In this document: positions 12,001 to 27,000 of the stretch, in pieces
Numbering within the stretch: position 1 is the first letter of the stretch
Layout: every line of letters begins with the position of its first letter
From: Eledone cirrhosa
Taxonomy: Eukaryota
Length of the DNA stretch: 64,000 bases
NCBI GenBank assembly: GCA_964016885.1
Contig: CAXHJY010001747.1
Coordinates: 62,001-126,000, forward strand
Direction: 5' to 3'
Notes under the pieces: model-generated
Seen by the model: only the letters and a program-made list of their open reading frames with translations
Databases searched by the model: none
What the model was told of the DNA's origin: nothing
Translations under genes and position numbers: made by a program

Positions 12001-15000
12001 TGGTGGTATTGTTGGTGTTGGTGGTACTGTTGGTGTTGGTGGTATTGTTGGTGTTGGTGGTACTGTTGGTGTTGGTGGTATTGTTGGTGTTGGTGGTACT
12101 GTTGGTGTTGGTGGTATTGTTGGTGTTGGTGGTATTGTCGGTGTTGGTGGTACTGTTGGTGTTGGTGGTATTGTTGGTGTTGGTGGTATTGTTGGTGTTG
12201 GTGGTATTGTTGGTGTTGGTGGTACTGTTGGTGTTGGTGGTACTGTTGGTGTTGGTGGTACTGTTGGTGTTGGTGGTATTGTTGGTGTTGGTGGTACTGT
12301 TAGTGTTGGTGGTATTGTTGGTGTTGGTGGTATTGTTGGTGTTGGTGGTACTGTTGGTGTTGGTGGTATTGTTGGTGTTGGTGGTACTGTTGGTGTTGGT
12401 GGTACTGTTGGTATTGGTGGTACTGTTGGTGTTGGTGGTACTTTTGGTGTTGGTGGTACTGTTGGTGTTGGTGGTATTGTTGGTGTTGGTGGTATTGTTG
12501 GTGTTGGTGGTACTGTTGGTGTTGGTGGTATTGTTGGTGTTGGTGGTACTGTTGGTGTTGGTGGTATTGTTGGTGTTGGTGGTATTGTTGGTGTTGGTGG
12601 TACTGTTGGTGTTGGTGGTATTGTTGGTGTTGGTGGTACTGTTGGTGTTGGTGGTACTGTTGGTGTTGGTGGTATTGTTGGTGTTGGTGGTACTGTTGGT
12701 GTTGGTGGTATTGTTGGTGTTGGTGGTATTGTTGGTGTTGGTGGTACTGTTGGTGTTGGTGGTATTGTTGGTGTTGGTGGTATTGTTGGTGTTGGTGGTA
12801 CTGTTGGTGTTGGTGGTATTGTTGGTGTTGGTGGTACTGTTGGTGTTGGTGGTATTGTTGGTGTTGGTGGTATTGTTGGTGTTGGTGGTACTGTTGGTAT
12901 TGGTGGTACTGTTGGTGTTGGTGGTACTGTTGGTGTTGGTGGTATTGTTGGTGTTGGTGGTATTGTTGGTGTTGGTGGTATTGTTGGTGTTGGTGGTATT
13001 CTTGGTGTTGGTGGTATTGTTGGTGTTGGTGGTACTGTTGGTGTTGGTGGTACTGTTGGTGTTGGTGGTATTGTTGGTGTTGGTGGTACTGTTGGTGTTG
13101 GTGGTACTGTTGGTGTTGGTGGTACTGTTGGTGTTGGTGGTATTGTTGGTGTTGGTGGTATTGTTGGTGTTGGTGGTACTGTTGGTGTTGGTGGTATTGT
13201 TGGTGTTGGTGGTACTGTTGGTGTTGGTGGTATTGTTGGTGTTGGTGGTATTGTTGGTGTTGGTGGTACTGTTGGTGTTGGTGGTATTGTTGGTGTTGGT
13301 GGTATTGTTGGTGTTGGTGGTATTGTTGGTGTTGGTGGTATTGTTGGTGTTGGTGGTACTGTTGGTGTTGGTGGTATTGTTGGTGTTGGTGGTATTGTTG
13401 GTGTTGGTGGTACTGTTGGTGTTGGTGGTACTGTTGGTGTTGGTGGTATTGTTGGTGTTGGTGGTATTGTTGGTGTTGGTGGTATTGTTGGTGTTGGTGG
13501 TATTGTTGGTGTTGGTGGTACTGTTGGTGTTGGTGGTATTGTTGGTGTTGGTGGTATTGTTGGTGTTGGTGGTACTGTTGGTGTTGGTGGTATTGTTGGT
13601 GTTGGTGGTATTGTTGGTGTTGGTGGTACTGTTGGTGTTGGTGGTATTGTTGGTGTTGGTGGTACTGTTGGTGTTGGTGGTATTGTTGGTGTTGGTGGTA
13701 CTGTTGGTGTTGGTGGTACTGTTGGTGTTGGTGGTATTGTTGGTGTTGGTGGTATTGTTGGTGTTGGTGGTACTGTTGGTGTTGGTGGTATTGTTGGTGT
13801 TGGTGGTATTGTTGGTGTTGGTGGTATTGTTGGTGTTGGTGGTATTGTTGGTGTTGGTGGTATTGTTGGTGTTGGTGGTACTGTTGGTGTTGGTGGTATT
13901 GTTGGTGTTGGTGGTATTGTTGGTGTTGGTGGTACTGTTGGTGTTGGTGGTATTGTTGGTGTTGGTGGTATTGTTGGTGTTGGTGGTACTGTTGGTGTTG
14001 GTGGTATTGTTGGTGTTGGTGGTACTGTTGGTGTTGGTGGTATTGTTGGTGTTGGTGGTACTGTTGGTGTTGGTGGTACTGTTGGTGTTGGTGGTATTGT
14101 TGGTGTTGGTGGTACTGTTAGTGTTGGTGGTATTGTTGGTGTTGGTGGTATTGTTGGTGTTGGTGGTATTGTTGGTGTTGGTGGTATTGTTGGTGTTGGT
14201 GGTACTGTTGGTGTTGGTGGTATTGTTGGTGCTGGTGGTATTGTTGGTGTTGGTGGTATTGTTGGTGTTGGTGGTATTGTTGGTGTTGGTGGTATTGTTG
14301 GTGTTGGTGGTACTGTTGGTGTTGGTGGTATTGTTGGTGTTGGTGGTACTGTTGGTGTTGGTGGTATTGTTGGTGTTGGTGGTATTGTTGGTGTTGGTGG
14401 TACTGTTGGTGTTGGTTGTATTGTTGGTGTTGGTGGTATTGTTGGTGTTGGTGGTATTGTTGGTGTTGGTGGTACTGTTAGTGTTGGTGGTACTGTTGGT
14501 GTTGGTGGTATTGTTGGTGTTGGTGGTATTGTTGGTGTTGGTGGTACTGTTGGTGTTGGTTGTATTGTTGGTGTTGGTGGTATTGTTGGTGTTGGTGGTA
14601 TTGTTGGTGTTGGTGGTATTGTTGGTGTTGGTGGTATTGTTGGTGTTGGTGGTACTGTTAGTGTTGGTGGTACTGTTGGTGTTGGTGGTATTGTTGGTGT
14701 TGGTGGTATTGTTGGTGTTGGTGGTATTGTTGGTGTTGGTGGTACTGTTGGTGTTGGTGGTATTGTTGGTGTTGGTGGTATTGTTGGTGTTGGTGGTATT
14801 GTTGGTGTTGGTGGTACTGTTGGTGTTGGTGGTACTGTTGGTGTTGGTGGTATTGTTGGTGTTGGTGGTACTGTTGGTGTTGGTGGTACTGTTGGTGTTG
14901 GTGGTACTGTTGGTGTTGGTGGTATTGTTGGTGTTGGTGGTATTGTTGGTGTTGGTGGTACTGTTGGTGTTGGTGGTATTGTTGGTGTCGGTGGATCTGT

Positions 15001-18000
15001 TGGTGTTGGTGGTATTCTTGGTGTTGGTGTTGGTGGTTCTGTTGGTGTTGGTGGTACTGTTGGTGTTGGTGGTATTGTTGGTGTTGGTGGTACTGTTGGT
15101 GTTGGTGGTATTGTTGGTGTTGGTGGTATTGTTGGTGTTGGTGTTGGTGGTACTGTTGGTGTTGGTGGTATTTTTGGTGTTGGTGGTATTTTTGGTGTTG
15201 GTGGTATTGTTGGTTTTGGTGGTATTGTTGGTGTTGGTGGTATTGTTGGTGTTGGTAGTATTGTTGGTGTTGGTGGTATTGTTGGTGTTGGTGGTATTGT
15301 TGGTGTTGGTGTTGGTGGTACTGTTGGTGTTGGTGGTATTTTCGGTGTTGGTGGTATTGTTGGTGTTGGTGGTATTGTTGGTGTTGGTGGTATTGTTGGT
15401 GTTGGTGGTATTGTTGGTATTTGGTGTTGGTGGTATTGTTGGTGTTGGTGGTATTGTTGGTGTTGGTGGTATTGTTGGTGTTGGTAGTATTGTTTGTGTT
15501 GGTGGTATTGTTGGTGTTGGTGGTACTGTTGGTGTTGGTGGTATTGTTGGTGTTGGTGGTATTGTTGGTGTTGTTGGTATTGTTTGTGTTGGTGGTACTG
15601 TTGGTGTTGGTGGTACTGTTGGTGTTGGTGGTATTGTTTGTGTTGGTAGTATTGTTGGTGTTGTTGGTATTGTTTGTGTTGGTGGTACTGTTGGTGTTGG
15701 TGGTACTGTTGGTGTTGGTGGTATTGTTGGTGTTGGTGGAACTGTTGGTGTTGGTGGTATTGTTGGTGTTGGTGGAACTGTTGGTGTTGGTGGTATTGTT
15801 GGTGTTGTTGGTATTGTTGGTGTTGGTGGTATTGGTGTTGGTGGTATTGTTGGTGTTGGTGGTATTGTTGGTGTTGGTGGTATTGTTGGTGTTGGTGGTA
15901 TTGTTGGTGTTGGTGGTACTGTTGGTGTTGGTGGTATTGTTGGTGTTGTTGGTATTGTTGGTGTTGGTGGTATTGTTGGTGTTGGTGGTACTGTTGGTGT
16001 TGGTGGTATTGTTGGTGTTGGTGGTATTGTTGGTGTTGGTGGTACTGTTGGTGTTGGTGGTATTGTTGGTGTTGGTGGTATTGTTGGTGTTGGTGGTATT
16101 GGTGTTGGTGGTATTGTTGGTGTTGGTGGTATTGTTGGTGTTGGTGGTATTGTTGGTGTTGGTGGTATTGTTGGTGTTGGTGGTATTGTTGGTTTTGGTG
16201 GTATTGTTGGTGTTGGTGGTACTGTTGGTGTTGGTGGTATTGTTGGTGTTGTTGGTATTGTTGGTGTTGGTGGTATTGTTGGTGTTGGTGGTACTGTTGG
16301 TGTTGGTGGTATTGTTGGTGTTGGTGGTATTGTTGGTGTTGGTGGTACTGTTGGTGTTGGTGGTATTGTTGGTGTTGGTGGTATTGTTGGTGTTGGTGGT
16401 ATTGTTGGTGTTGGTGGTATTGTTGGTGTTGGTGGTATTGTTGGTGTTGGTGGTATTGTTGGTGTTGGTGGTATTGTTGGTGTTGGTGGTATTGTTGGTG
16501 TTGGTGGTATTGTTGGTGTTGGTGGTATTGTTGGTGTTGGTGGTATTGTTGGTGTTGGTGGTATTGTTGGTGTTGGTGGTACTGTTGGTGTTGGTGGTAC
16601 TGTTGGTGTTGGTGGTACTGTTGGTGTTGGTGGTATTGTTGGTGTTGGTGGTATTGTTGGTGTTGGTGGTACTGTTGGTGTTGGTGGTAATCTTGGTGTT
16701 GGTGGTATTGTTGGTGTTGGTGGTAATCTTGGTGTTGGTGGTATTGTTGGTGTTGGTGGTACTGTTGGTGTTGGTGGTATTGTTGGTGTTGGTGGTATTG
16801 TTGGTGTTGGTGGTACTGTTGGTGTTGGTGGTATTGTTGGTGTTGGTGGTATTGGTGTTGGTGGTATTGTTGGTGTTGGTGGTATTGTTGGTGTTGGTGG
16901 TATTGTTGGTGTTGGTGGTATTGTTGGTGTTGGTGGTATTGTTGGTGTTGGTGGTATTGTTGGTGTTGGTGGTATTGTTGGTGTTGGTGGTATTGTTGGT
17001 GTTGGTGGTATTGTTGGTGTTGTTGGTATTGTTGGTGTTGGTGGTATTGTTGGTGTTGGTGGTATTGTTGGTGTTGGTGGTACTGTTGGTGTTGGTGGTA
17101 TTGTTGGTGTTGGTGGTATTGTTGGTGTTGGTGGTACTGTTGGTGTTGGTGGTATTGTTGGTGTTGGTGGTATTGTTGGTGTTGGTGGTATTGTTGGTGT
17201 TGGTGGTATTGTTGGTGTTGGTGGTATTGTTGGTGTTGGTGGTATTGTTGGTGTTGGTGGTACTGTTGGTGTTGGTGGTATTGTTGGTGTTGGTGGTATT
17301 GTTGGTGTTGGTGGTATTGTTGGTGTTGGTGGTATTGTTGGTGTTGGTGGTACTGTTGGTGTTGGTGGTATTGTTGGTGTTGGTGGTACTGTTGGTGTTG
17401 GTGGTATTGTTGGTGTTGGTGTTGGTGGTACTGTTGCTGTGGGTGGTACTGTTGGTGTTGGTGGTATTGTTGGTGTTGGTGGTACTGTTGGTGTTGGTGG
17501 TATTGTTGGTGTTGGTGGTATTGTTGGTGTTGGTGGTATTGTTGGTGTTGGTGGTATTGTTGGTGTTGGTGGTATTGTTGGTGTTGGTGGTATTGTTGGT
17601 GTTGGTGGTATTGTTGGTGTTGGTGGTACTGTTGGTGTTGGTGGTATTGTTGGTGTTGGTGGTATTGTTGGTGTTGGTGGTATTGTTGGTGTTGGTGGTA
17701 CTGTTGGTGTTGGTGGTACTGTTGGTGTTGGTGGTACTGTTGGTGTTGGTGGTATTGTTGGTGTTGGTGGTATTGTTGGTGTTGGTGGTACTGTTGGTGT
17801 TGGTGGTAATCTTGGTGTTGGTGGTATTGTTGGTGTTGGTGGTAATCTTGGTGTTGGTGGTATTGTTGGTGTTGGTGGATTGTTGGTGTTGGTGGTATTG
17901 TTGGTGTTGGTGGTACTGTTGGTGTTGGTGGTATTGTTGGTGTTGGTGGTACTGTTGGTGTTGGTGGTATTGTTGGTGTTGGTGGTATTGTTGGTGTTGG

Positions 18001-21000
18001 TGGTATTGTTGGTGTTGGTGGTATTGTTGGTGTTGGTGGTATTGTTGGTGTTGGTGGTACTGTTGGTGTTGGTGGTATTGTTGGTGTTGGTGGTATTGTT
18101 GGTGTTGGTGGTATTGTTGGTGTTGGTGGTACTGTTGGTGTTGGTGGTAATGTTGGTGTTGGTGGTACTGTTGGTGTTGGTGGTATTGTTGGTGTTGGTG
18201 GTATTGTTGGTGTTGGTGGTACTGTTGGTGTTGGTGGTAATCTTGGTGTTGGTGGTATTGTTGGTGTTGGTGGTAATCTTGGTGTTGGTGGTATTGTTGG
18301 TGTTGGTGGTACTGTTGGTGTTGGTGGTATTGTTGGTGTTGGTGGTATTGTTGGTGTTGGTGGTACTGTTGGTGTTGGTGGTATTGTTGGTGTTGGTGGT
18401 ACTGTTGGTGTTGGTGGTATTGTTGGTGTTGGTGGTATTGTTGGTGTTGGTGGTATTGTTGGTGTTGGTGGTATTGTTGGTGTTGGTGGTATTGTTGGTG
18501 TTGGTGGTATTGTTGGTGTTGGTGGTATTGTTGGTGTTGGTGGTATTGTTGGTGTTGGTGGTATTGTTGGTGTTGGTGGTACTGTTGGTGTTGGTGGTAT
18601 TGTTGGTGTTGGTGGTATTGTTGGTGTTGGTGGTATTGTTGGTGTTGGTGGTATTGTTGGTGTTGGTGGTATTGTTGGTGTTGGTGGTACTGTTGGTGTT
18701 GGTGGTATTGTTGGTGTTGGTGGTATTGTTGGTGTTGGTGGTATTGTTGGTGTTGGTGGTATTGTTGGTGTTGGTGGTATTGTTGGTGTTGGTGGTAATG
18801 TTGGTGTTGGTGGTATTGTTGGTGTTGGTGGTATTGTTGGTGTTGGTGGTATTGTTGGTGTTGGTGGTATTGTTGGTGTTGGTGGTATTGTTGGTGTTGG
18901 TGGTATTGTTGGTGTTGGTGGTATTGTTGGTGTTGGTGGTATTGTTGGTGTTGGTGGTATTGTTGGTGTTGGTGGTACTGTTGGTGTTGGTGGTATTGTT
19001 GGTGTTGGTGGTATTGTTGGTGTTGGTGGTATGTTGGTGTTGGTGGTATTGTTGGCGTTGGTGGTACTGTTGGTGTTGGTGGTAATCTTCGTGTGGTGGT
19101 ATTGTTGGTGTTGGTGGTATTGTTGGTGTTGGTGGTACTGTTGGTGTTGGTGGTATTGTTGGTGTTGGTGGTACTGTTGGTGTTGGTGGTATTGTTGGTG
19201 TTGGTGGTATTGTTGGTGTTGGTGGTAGTGTTGGTGTTGGTGGTACTGTTGGTTTTGGTGGTAATCTTCGTGTTGGTGGTATTGTTGGTGTTGGTGGTAT
19301 TGTTGGTGTTGGTGGTACTGTTGGTGTTGGTGGTACTGTTGGTGTTGGTGGTACTGTTGGTGTTGGTGGTAGTGTTGGTGTTGGTGGTACTGTTGGTTTT
19401 GGTGGTAATCTTCGTGTTGGTGGTATTGTTGGTGTTGGTGGTATTGTTGGTGTTGGTGGTACTGTTGGTGTTGGTGGTATTGTTGGTGTTGGTGGTACTG
19501 TTGGTGTTGGTGGTATTGTTGGTGTTGGTGGTAGTGTTGGTGTTGGTGGTACTGTTGGTTTTGGTGGTAATCTTCGTGTTGGTGGTATTGTTGGTGTTGG
19601 TGGTATTGTTGGTGTTGGTGGTACTGTTGGTGTTGGTGGTACTGTTGGTGTTGGTGGTACTGTTGGTGTTGGTGGTACTGTTGGTGTTGGTGGTATTGTT
19701 GGTGTTGGTGGTATTGTTGGTGTTGGTGGTACTGTTGGTGCTGGTGGTATTGTTGGTGTTGGTGGTACTGTTGGTGTTGGTGGTATTGTTGGTGTTGGTG
19801 GTACTGTTGGTGTTGGTGGTATTGTTGGTGTTGTTGGTACTGTTGGTGTTGGTGGTATTGTTGGTGTTGGTGGTACTGTTGGTGTTGGTGGTATTGTTGG
19901 TGTTGGTAGTATTGTTGGTGTTGGTGGTATTGTTGGTGTTGGTGGTACTGTTGGTTTTGGTGGTAATCTTGGTGTTGGTGGTATTGTTGGTGTTGGTGGT
20001 ATTGTTGGTGTTGGTGGTACTGTTGGTGTTGGTGGTACTGTTGGTGTTGGTGGTATTGTTGGTGTTGGTGGTACTGTTGGTGTTGGTGGTACTGTTGGTG
20101 TTGGTGGTATTGTTGGTGTTGGTGGTATTGTTGGTGTTGGTGGTATAGTTGGTGTTGGTGGTACTGTTGGTGTTGGTGGTATTGTTGGTGTTGGTGGTAG
20201 TGTTGGTGTTGGTGGTACTGTTGGTTTTGGTGGTAATCTTCGTGTTGGTGGTATTGTTGGTGTTGGTGGTATTGTTGGTGTTGGTGGTACTGTTGGTGTT
20301 GGTGGTATTGTTGGTGTTGGTGGTACTGTTGGTGTTGGTGGTATTGTTGGTGTTGGTGGTACTGTTAGTGTTGGTGGTATTGTTGGTGTTGGTGGTATTG
20401 TTGGTGTTGGTGGTACTGTTGGTGTTGGTGGTACTGTTGGTGTTGGTGGTACTGTTGGTGTTGGTGGTATTGTTGGTGTTGGTGGTACTGTTGGTGTTGG
20501 TGGTACTGTTGGTGTTGGTGGTACTGTTGGTGTTGGTGGTATTGTTGGTGTTGGTGGTACTGTTAGTGTTGGTGGTATTGTTGGTGTTGGTGGTATTGTT
20601 GGTGTTGGTGGTATTGTTGGTGTTGGTGGTATTGTTGGTGTTGGTGGTATTGTTGGTGTTGGTGGTATTGTTGGTGTTGGTGGTATTGTTGGTGTTGGTG
20701 GTACTGTTGGTGTTGGTGGTATTGTTGGTGTTGGTGGTATTGTTGGTTTTGGTGGTAATCTTGGTGTTGGTGGTATTGTTGGTGTTGGTGGTATTGTTGG
20801 TGTTGGTGGTACTGTTGGTGTTGGTGGTATTGTTGGTGTTGGTGGTACTGTTGGTGTTGGTGGTATTGTTGGTGTTGTTGGTACTGTTGGTGTTGGTGGT
20901 ATTGTTGGTGTTGGTGGTATTGTTGGTGTTGGTGGTACTGTTGGTGTTGGTGGTATTGTTGGTGTTGGTGGTACTGTTGGTGTTGGTGGTACTGTTGGTT

Positions 21001-24000
21001 TTGGTGGTAATCTTGGTGTTGGTGGTATTGTTGGTGTTGGTGGTATTGTTGGTGTTGGTGGTATTGTTGGTGTTGGTGGTACTGTTGGTTTTGGTGGTAA
21101 TCTTGGTGTTGGTGGTATTGTTGGTGTTGGTGGTATTGTTGGTGTTGGTGGTACTGTTGGTGTTGGTGGTACTGTTGGTGTTGGTGGTATTGTTGGTGTT
21201 GGTGGTACTGTTGGTGTTGGTGGTACTGTTGGTGTTGGTGGTATTGTTGGTGTTGGTGGTATTGTTGGTGTTGGTGGTATAGTTGGTGTTGGTGGTACTG
21301 TTGGTGTTGGTGGTATTGTTGGTGTTGGTGGTAGTGTTGGTGTTGGTGGTACTGTTGGTTTTGGTGGTAATCTTGGTGTTGGTGGTATTGTTGGTGTTGG
21401 TGGTATTGTTGGTGTTGGTGGTATTGTTGGTGTTGGTGGTATTGTTGGTGTTGGTGGTACTGTTGGTTTTGGTGGTAATCTTGGTGTTGGTGGTATTGTT
21501 GGTGTTGGTGGTATAGTTGGTGTTGGTGGTACTGTTGGTGTTGGTGGTATTGTTGGTGTTGGTGGTAGTGTTGGTGTTGGTGGTACTGTTGGTTTTGGTG
21601 GTAATCTTCGTGTTGGTGGTATTGTTGGTGTTGGTGGTATTGTTGGTGTTGGTGGTACTGTTGGTGTTGGTGGTACTGTTGGTGTTGGTGGTACTGTTGG
21701 TGTTGGTGGTATTGTTGGTGTTGGTGGTACTGTTAGTGTTGGTGGTATTGTTGGTGTTGGTGGTATTGTTGGTGTTGGTGGTATTGTTGGTGTTGGTGGT
21801 ATTGTTGGTGTTGGTGGTATTGTTGGTGTTGGTGGTATTGTTGGTGTTGGTGGTATTGTTGGTGTTGGTGGTACTGTTGGTGTTGGTGGTATTGTTGGTG
21901 TTGGTGGTATTGTTGGTTTTGGTGGTAATCTTGGTGTTGGTGGTATTGTTGGTGTTGGTGGTATTGTTGGTGTTGGTGGTACTGTTGGTGTTGGTGGTAC
22001 TGTTGGTGTTGGTGGTACTGTTGGTGTTGGTGGTATTGTTGGTGTTGGTGGTACTGTTAGTGTTGGTGGTATTGTTGGTGTTGGTGGTATTGTTGGTGTT
22101 GGTGGTACTGTTGGTGTTGGTGGTACTGTTGGTGTTGGTGGTACTGTTGGTGTTGGTGGTATTGTTGGTGTTGGTGGTACTGTTGGTGTTGGTGGTACTG
22201 TTGGTGTTGGTGGTACTGTTGGTGTTGTTGGTATTGTTGGTGTTGGTGGTATTGTTGGTGTTGGTGGTACTGTTGGTGTTGGTGGTACTGTTGGTGTTGG
22301 TGGTATTGTTGGTGTTGGTGGTATTGTTGGTGTTGGTGGTATTGTTGGTGTTGGTGGTACTGTTAGTGTTGGTGGTACTGTTGGTGTTGGTGGTACTGTT
22401 GGTGTTGGTGGTATTGTTGGTGTTGGTGGTATTGTTGGTGTTGGTGGTATTGTTGGTGTTGGTGGTATTGTTGGTGTTGGTGGTATTGTTGGTGTTGGTG
22501 GTACTGTTGGTGTTGGTGGTACTGTTGGTGTTGGTGGTATTGTTGGTGTTGGTGGTATTGTTGGTGTTGGTGGTATTGTTGGTGTTGGTGGTACTGTTGG
22601 TGTTGGTGGTACTGTTGGTGTTGGTGGTATTGTTGGTGTTGGTGGTATTGTTGGTGTTGGTGGTATTGTTGGTGTTGGTGGTACTGTTAGTGTTGGTGGT
22701 ACTGTTGGTGTTGGTGGTACTGTTGGTGTTGGTGGTACTGTTGGTGTTGGTGTTGGTGGTATTGTTGGTGTTGGTGGTATTGTTGGTGTTGGTGGTATTG
22801 TTGGTGTTGATGGTATTCTTGGTGTTGGTGGTATTGTTGGTGTTGGTGGTACTGTTGGTGTTGTTGGTATTGTTGGTGTTGGTGTTGGTGGTATTGTTGG
22901 TGTTGGTGGTATTGTTGGTGTTGGTGGTACTGTTAGTGTTGGTGGTACTGTTGGTGTTGGTGGTATTGTTGGTGTTGGTGGTATTGTTGGTGTTGGTGGT
23001 ATTGTTGGTGTTGGTGGTACTGTTGGTGTTGTTGGTATTGTTGGTGTTGGTGTTGGTGGTATTGTTGGTGTTGGTGGTATTGTTGGTGTTGGTGGTACTG
23101 TTGGTGTTGTTGGTATTGTTGGTGTTGGTGTTGGTGGTATTGTTGGTGTTGGTGGTACTGTTGGTGTTGGTGGTATTGTAGGTGTTGGTGGTATTGTTGG
23201 TGTTGGTGGTACTGTTGGTGTTGGTGGTATTGTTGGTGTTGTTGGTATTGTTGGTGTCGGTGGTACTGCTGGGGTTGGTGGTATTGTTGGTGTTGGTGGT
23301 ATTGTTGGTGTTGGTGGTATTGTTGGTGTTGGTGGTACTGTTGGTGTTGGTGGTACTGCTGGTGTTGGTGGTATTGTTGGTGTTGGTGGTATTGTTGGTG
23401 TTGGTGGTATTGTTGGTGTTGGTGGTACTGTTGGTGTTGGTGGTACTGTTGGTATTGGTGGTACTGTTAGTGTTGGTGGTATTGTTGGTGTTGGTGGTAT
23501 TGTTGGTGTTGGTGGTACTGTTGGTGTTGGTGGTACTGTTGGTGTTGGTGGTATTGTTGGTGTTGGTGGTATTGTTGGTGTTGGTGGTACTGTTGGTGTT
23601 GGTGGTACTGTTGGTATTGGTGGTACTGTTAGTGTTGGTGGTATTGTTGGTGTTGGTGGTATTGTTGGTGTTGGTGGTACTGTTGGTGTTGGTGGTACTG
23701 TTGGTGTTTGTGGTATTGTTGGTGGTACTGTTGGTGTTGGTGGTATTGTTGGTGTTGGTGGTACTGTTAGTGTTGGTGGTATTGTTGCAGTTGGTGGTAC
23801 TGTTAGTGTTGGTGGTATTGTTGGTGTTGGTGGTATTGTTGGTGTTGGTGGTACTGTTGGTGTTGGTGGTATTGTTGGTGTTGGTGGTATTGTTGGTGTT
23901 GGTGGTACTGTTGGTGTTGGTGGTACTGTTGGTGTTGGTGGTATTGTAGGTGTTGGTGGTATTGTTGGTGTTGGTGGTACTGTTGGTATTGGTGGTACTG

Positions 24001-27000
24001 TTTGTGTTGGTGGTATTGTTGGTGTTGGTGGTATTGTTGGTGTTGGTGGTATTGTTGGTGTTGGTGGTACTGTTGGTATTGGTGGTACTGTTTGTGTTGG
24101 TGGTATTGTTGGTGTTGCTGGTACTGTTGGTGTTGGTGGTATTGTTGGTGTTGGTGGTATTGTTGGTGTTGGTGGTACTGTTGGTGTTGGTGGTATTGTT
24201 GGTGTTGGTGGTACTGTTAGTGTTGGTGGTATTGTTGGTGTTGGTGGTACTGTTAGTGTTGGTGGTATTGTTGGTGTTGGTGGTATTGTTGGTGTTGGTG
24301 GTATTGTTGGTGTTGGTGGTATTGTTGGTTTTGGTGGTAATCTTGGTGTTGGTGGTATTGTTGGTGTTGGTGGTATTGTTGGTGTTGGTGGTACTGTTGG
24401 TGTTGGTGGTACTGTTGGTGTTGGTGGTATTGTTGGTGTTGGTGGTATTGTTGGTGTTGGTGGTACTGTTGGTGTTGGTGGTACTGCTGGTGTTGGTGGT
24501 ATTGTTGGTGTTGGTGGTACTGTTGGTGTTGGTGGTATTGTTGGTGTTGGTGGTATTGTTGGTGTTGGTGGTACTGTTGGTGTTGGTGGTATTGTTGGTG
24601 TTGGTGGTATTGTTGGTTTTGGTGGTAATCTTGGTGTTGGTGGTATTGTTGGTGTTGGTGGTATTGTTGGTGTTGGTGGTACTGTTGGTGTTGGTGGTAC
24701 TGTTGGTGTTGGTGGTATTGTTGGTGTTGGTGGTACTGTTGGTGTTGGTGGTACTGTTGGTGTTGGTGGTACTGTTGGTGTTGGTGGTATTGTTGGTGTT
24801 GGTGGTACTGTTAGTGTTGGTGGTATTGTTGGTGTTGGTGGTATTGTTGGTGTTGGTGGTATTGTTGGTGTTGGTGGTACTGTTGGTATTGGTGGTACTG
24901 TTGGTGTTGGTGGTACTGTTGGTGTTGGTGGTACTGTTGGTTTTGGTGGTAATCTTGGTGTTGGTGGTATTGTTGGTGTTGGTGGTATTGTTGGTGTTGG
25001 TGGTATTGTTGGTGTTGGTGGTACTGTTGGTTTTGGTGGTAATCTTGGTGTTGGTGGTATTGTTGGTGTTGGTGGTATTGTTGGTGTTGGTGGTACTGTT
25101 GGTGTTGGTGGTACTGTTGGTGTTGGTGGTATTGTTGGTGTTGGTGGTACTGTTGGTGTTGGTGGTACTGTTGGTGTTGGTGGTATTGTTGGTGTTGGTG
25201 GTATTGTTGGTGTTGGTGGTATAGTTGGTGTTGGTGGTACTGTTGGTGTTGGTGGTATTGTTGGTGTTGGTGGTAGTGTTGGTGTTGGTGGTACTGTTGG
25301 TTTTGGTGGTAATCTTGGTGTTGGTGGTATTGTTGGTGTTGGTGGTATTGTTGGTGTTGGTGGTATTGTTGGTGTTGGTGGTATTGTTGGTGTTGGTGGT
25401 ACTGTTGGTTTTGGTGGTAATCTTGGTGTTGGTGGTATTGTTGGTGTTGGTGGTATAGTTGGTGTTGGTGGTACTGTTGGTGTTGGTGGTATTGTTGGTG
25501 TTGGTGGTAGTGTTGGTGTTGGTGGTACTGTTGGTTTTGGTGGTAATCTTCGTGTTGGTGGTATTGTTGGTGTTGGTGGTATTGTTGGTGTTGGTGGTAC
25601 TGTTGGTGTTGGTGGTACTGTTGGTGTTGGTGGTACTGTTGGTGTTGGTGGTATTGTTGGTGTTGGTGGTACTGTTAGTGTTGGTGGTATTGTTGGTGTT
25701 GGTGGTATTGTTGGTGTTGGTGGTATTGTTGGTGTTGGTGGTATTGTTGGTGTTGGTGGTATTGTTGGTGTTGGTGGTATTGTTGGTGTTGGTGGTACTG
25801 TTGGTGTTGGTGGTATTGTTGGTGTTGGTGGTATTGTTGGTTTTGGTGGTAATCTTGGTGTTGGTGGTATTGTTGGTGTTGGTGGTATTGTTGGTGTTGG
25901 TGGTACTGTTGGTGTTGGTGGTACTGTTGGTGTTGGTGGTACTGTTGGTGTTGGTGGTATTGTTGGTGTTGGTGGTACTGTTAGTGTTGGTGGTATTGTT
26001 GGTGTTGGTGGTATTGTTGGTGTTGGTGGTACTGTTGGTGTTGGTGGTACTGTTGGTGTTGGTGGTACTGTTGGTGTTGGTGGTATTGTTGGTGTTGGTG
26101 GTACTGTTGGTGTTGGTGGTACTGTTGGTGTTGGTGGTACTGTTGGTGTTGTTGGTATTGTTGGTGTTGGTGGTATTGTTGGTGTTGGTGGTACTGTTGG
26201 TGTTGGTGGTACTGTTGGTGTTGGTGGTATTGTTGGTGTTGGTGGTATTGTTGGTGTTGGTGGTATTGTTGGTGTTGGTGGTACTGTTAGTGTTGGTGGT
26301 ACTGTTGGTGTTGGTGGTACTGTTGGTGTTGGTGGTATTGTTGGTGTTGGTGGTATTGTTGGTGTTGGTGGTATTGTTGGTGTTGGTGGTATTGTTGGTG
26401 TTGGTGGTATTGTTGGTGTTGGTGGTACTGTTGGTGTTGGTGGTACTGTTGGTGTTGGTGGTATTGTTGGTGTTGGTGGTATTGTTGGTGTTGGTGGTAT
26501 TGTTGGTGTTGGTGGTACTGTTGGTGTTGGTGGTACTGTTGGTGTTGGTGGTATTGTTGGTGTTGGTGGTATTGTTGGTGTTGGTGGTATTGTTGGTGTT
26601 GGTGGTACTGTTAGTGTTGGTGGTACTGTTGGTGTTGGTGGTACTGTTGGTGTTGGTGGTACTGTTGGTGTTGGTGTTGGTGGTATTGTTGGTGTTGGTG
26701 GTATTGTTGGTGTTGGTGGTATTGTTGGTGTTGATGGTATTCTTGGTGTTGGTGGTATTGTTGGTGTTGGTGGTACTGTTGGTGTTGTTGGTATTGTTGG
26801 TGTTGGTGTTGGTGGTATTGTTGGTGTTGGTGGTATTGTTGGTGTTGGTGGTACTGTTAGTGTTGGTGGTACTGTTGGTGTTGGTGGTATTGTTGGTGTT
26901 GGTGGTATTGTTGGTGTTGGTGGTATTGTTGGTGTTGGTGGTACTGTTGGTGTTGTTGGTATTGTTGGTGTTGGTGTTGGTGGTATTGTTGGTGTTGGTG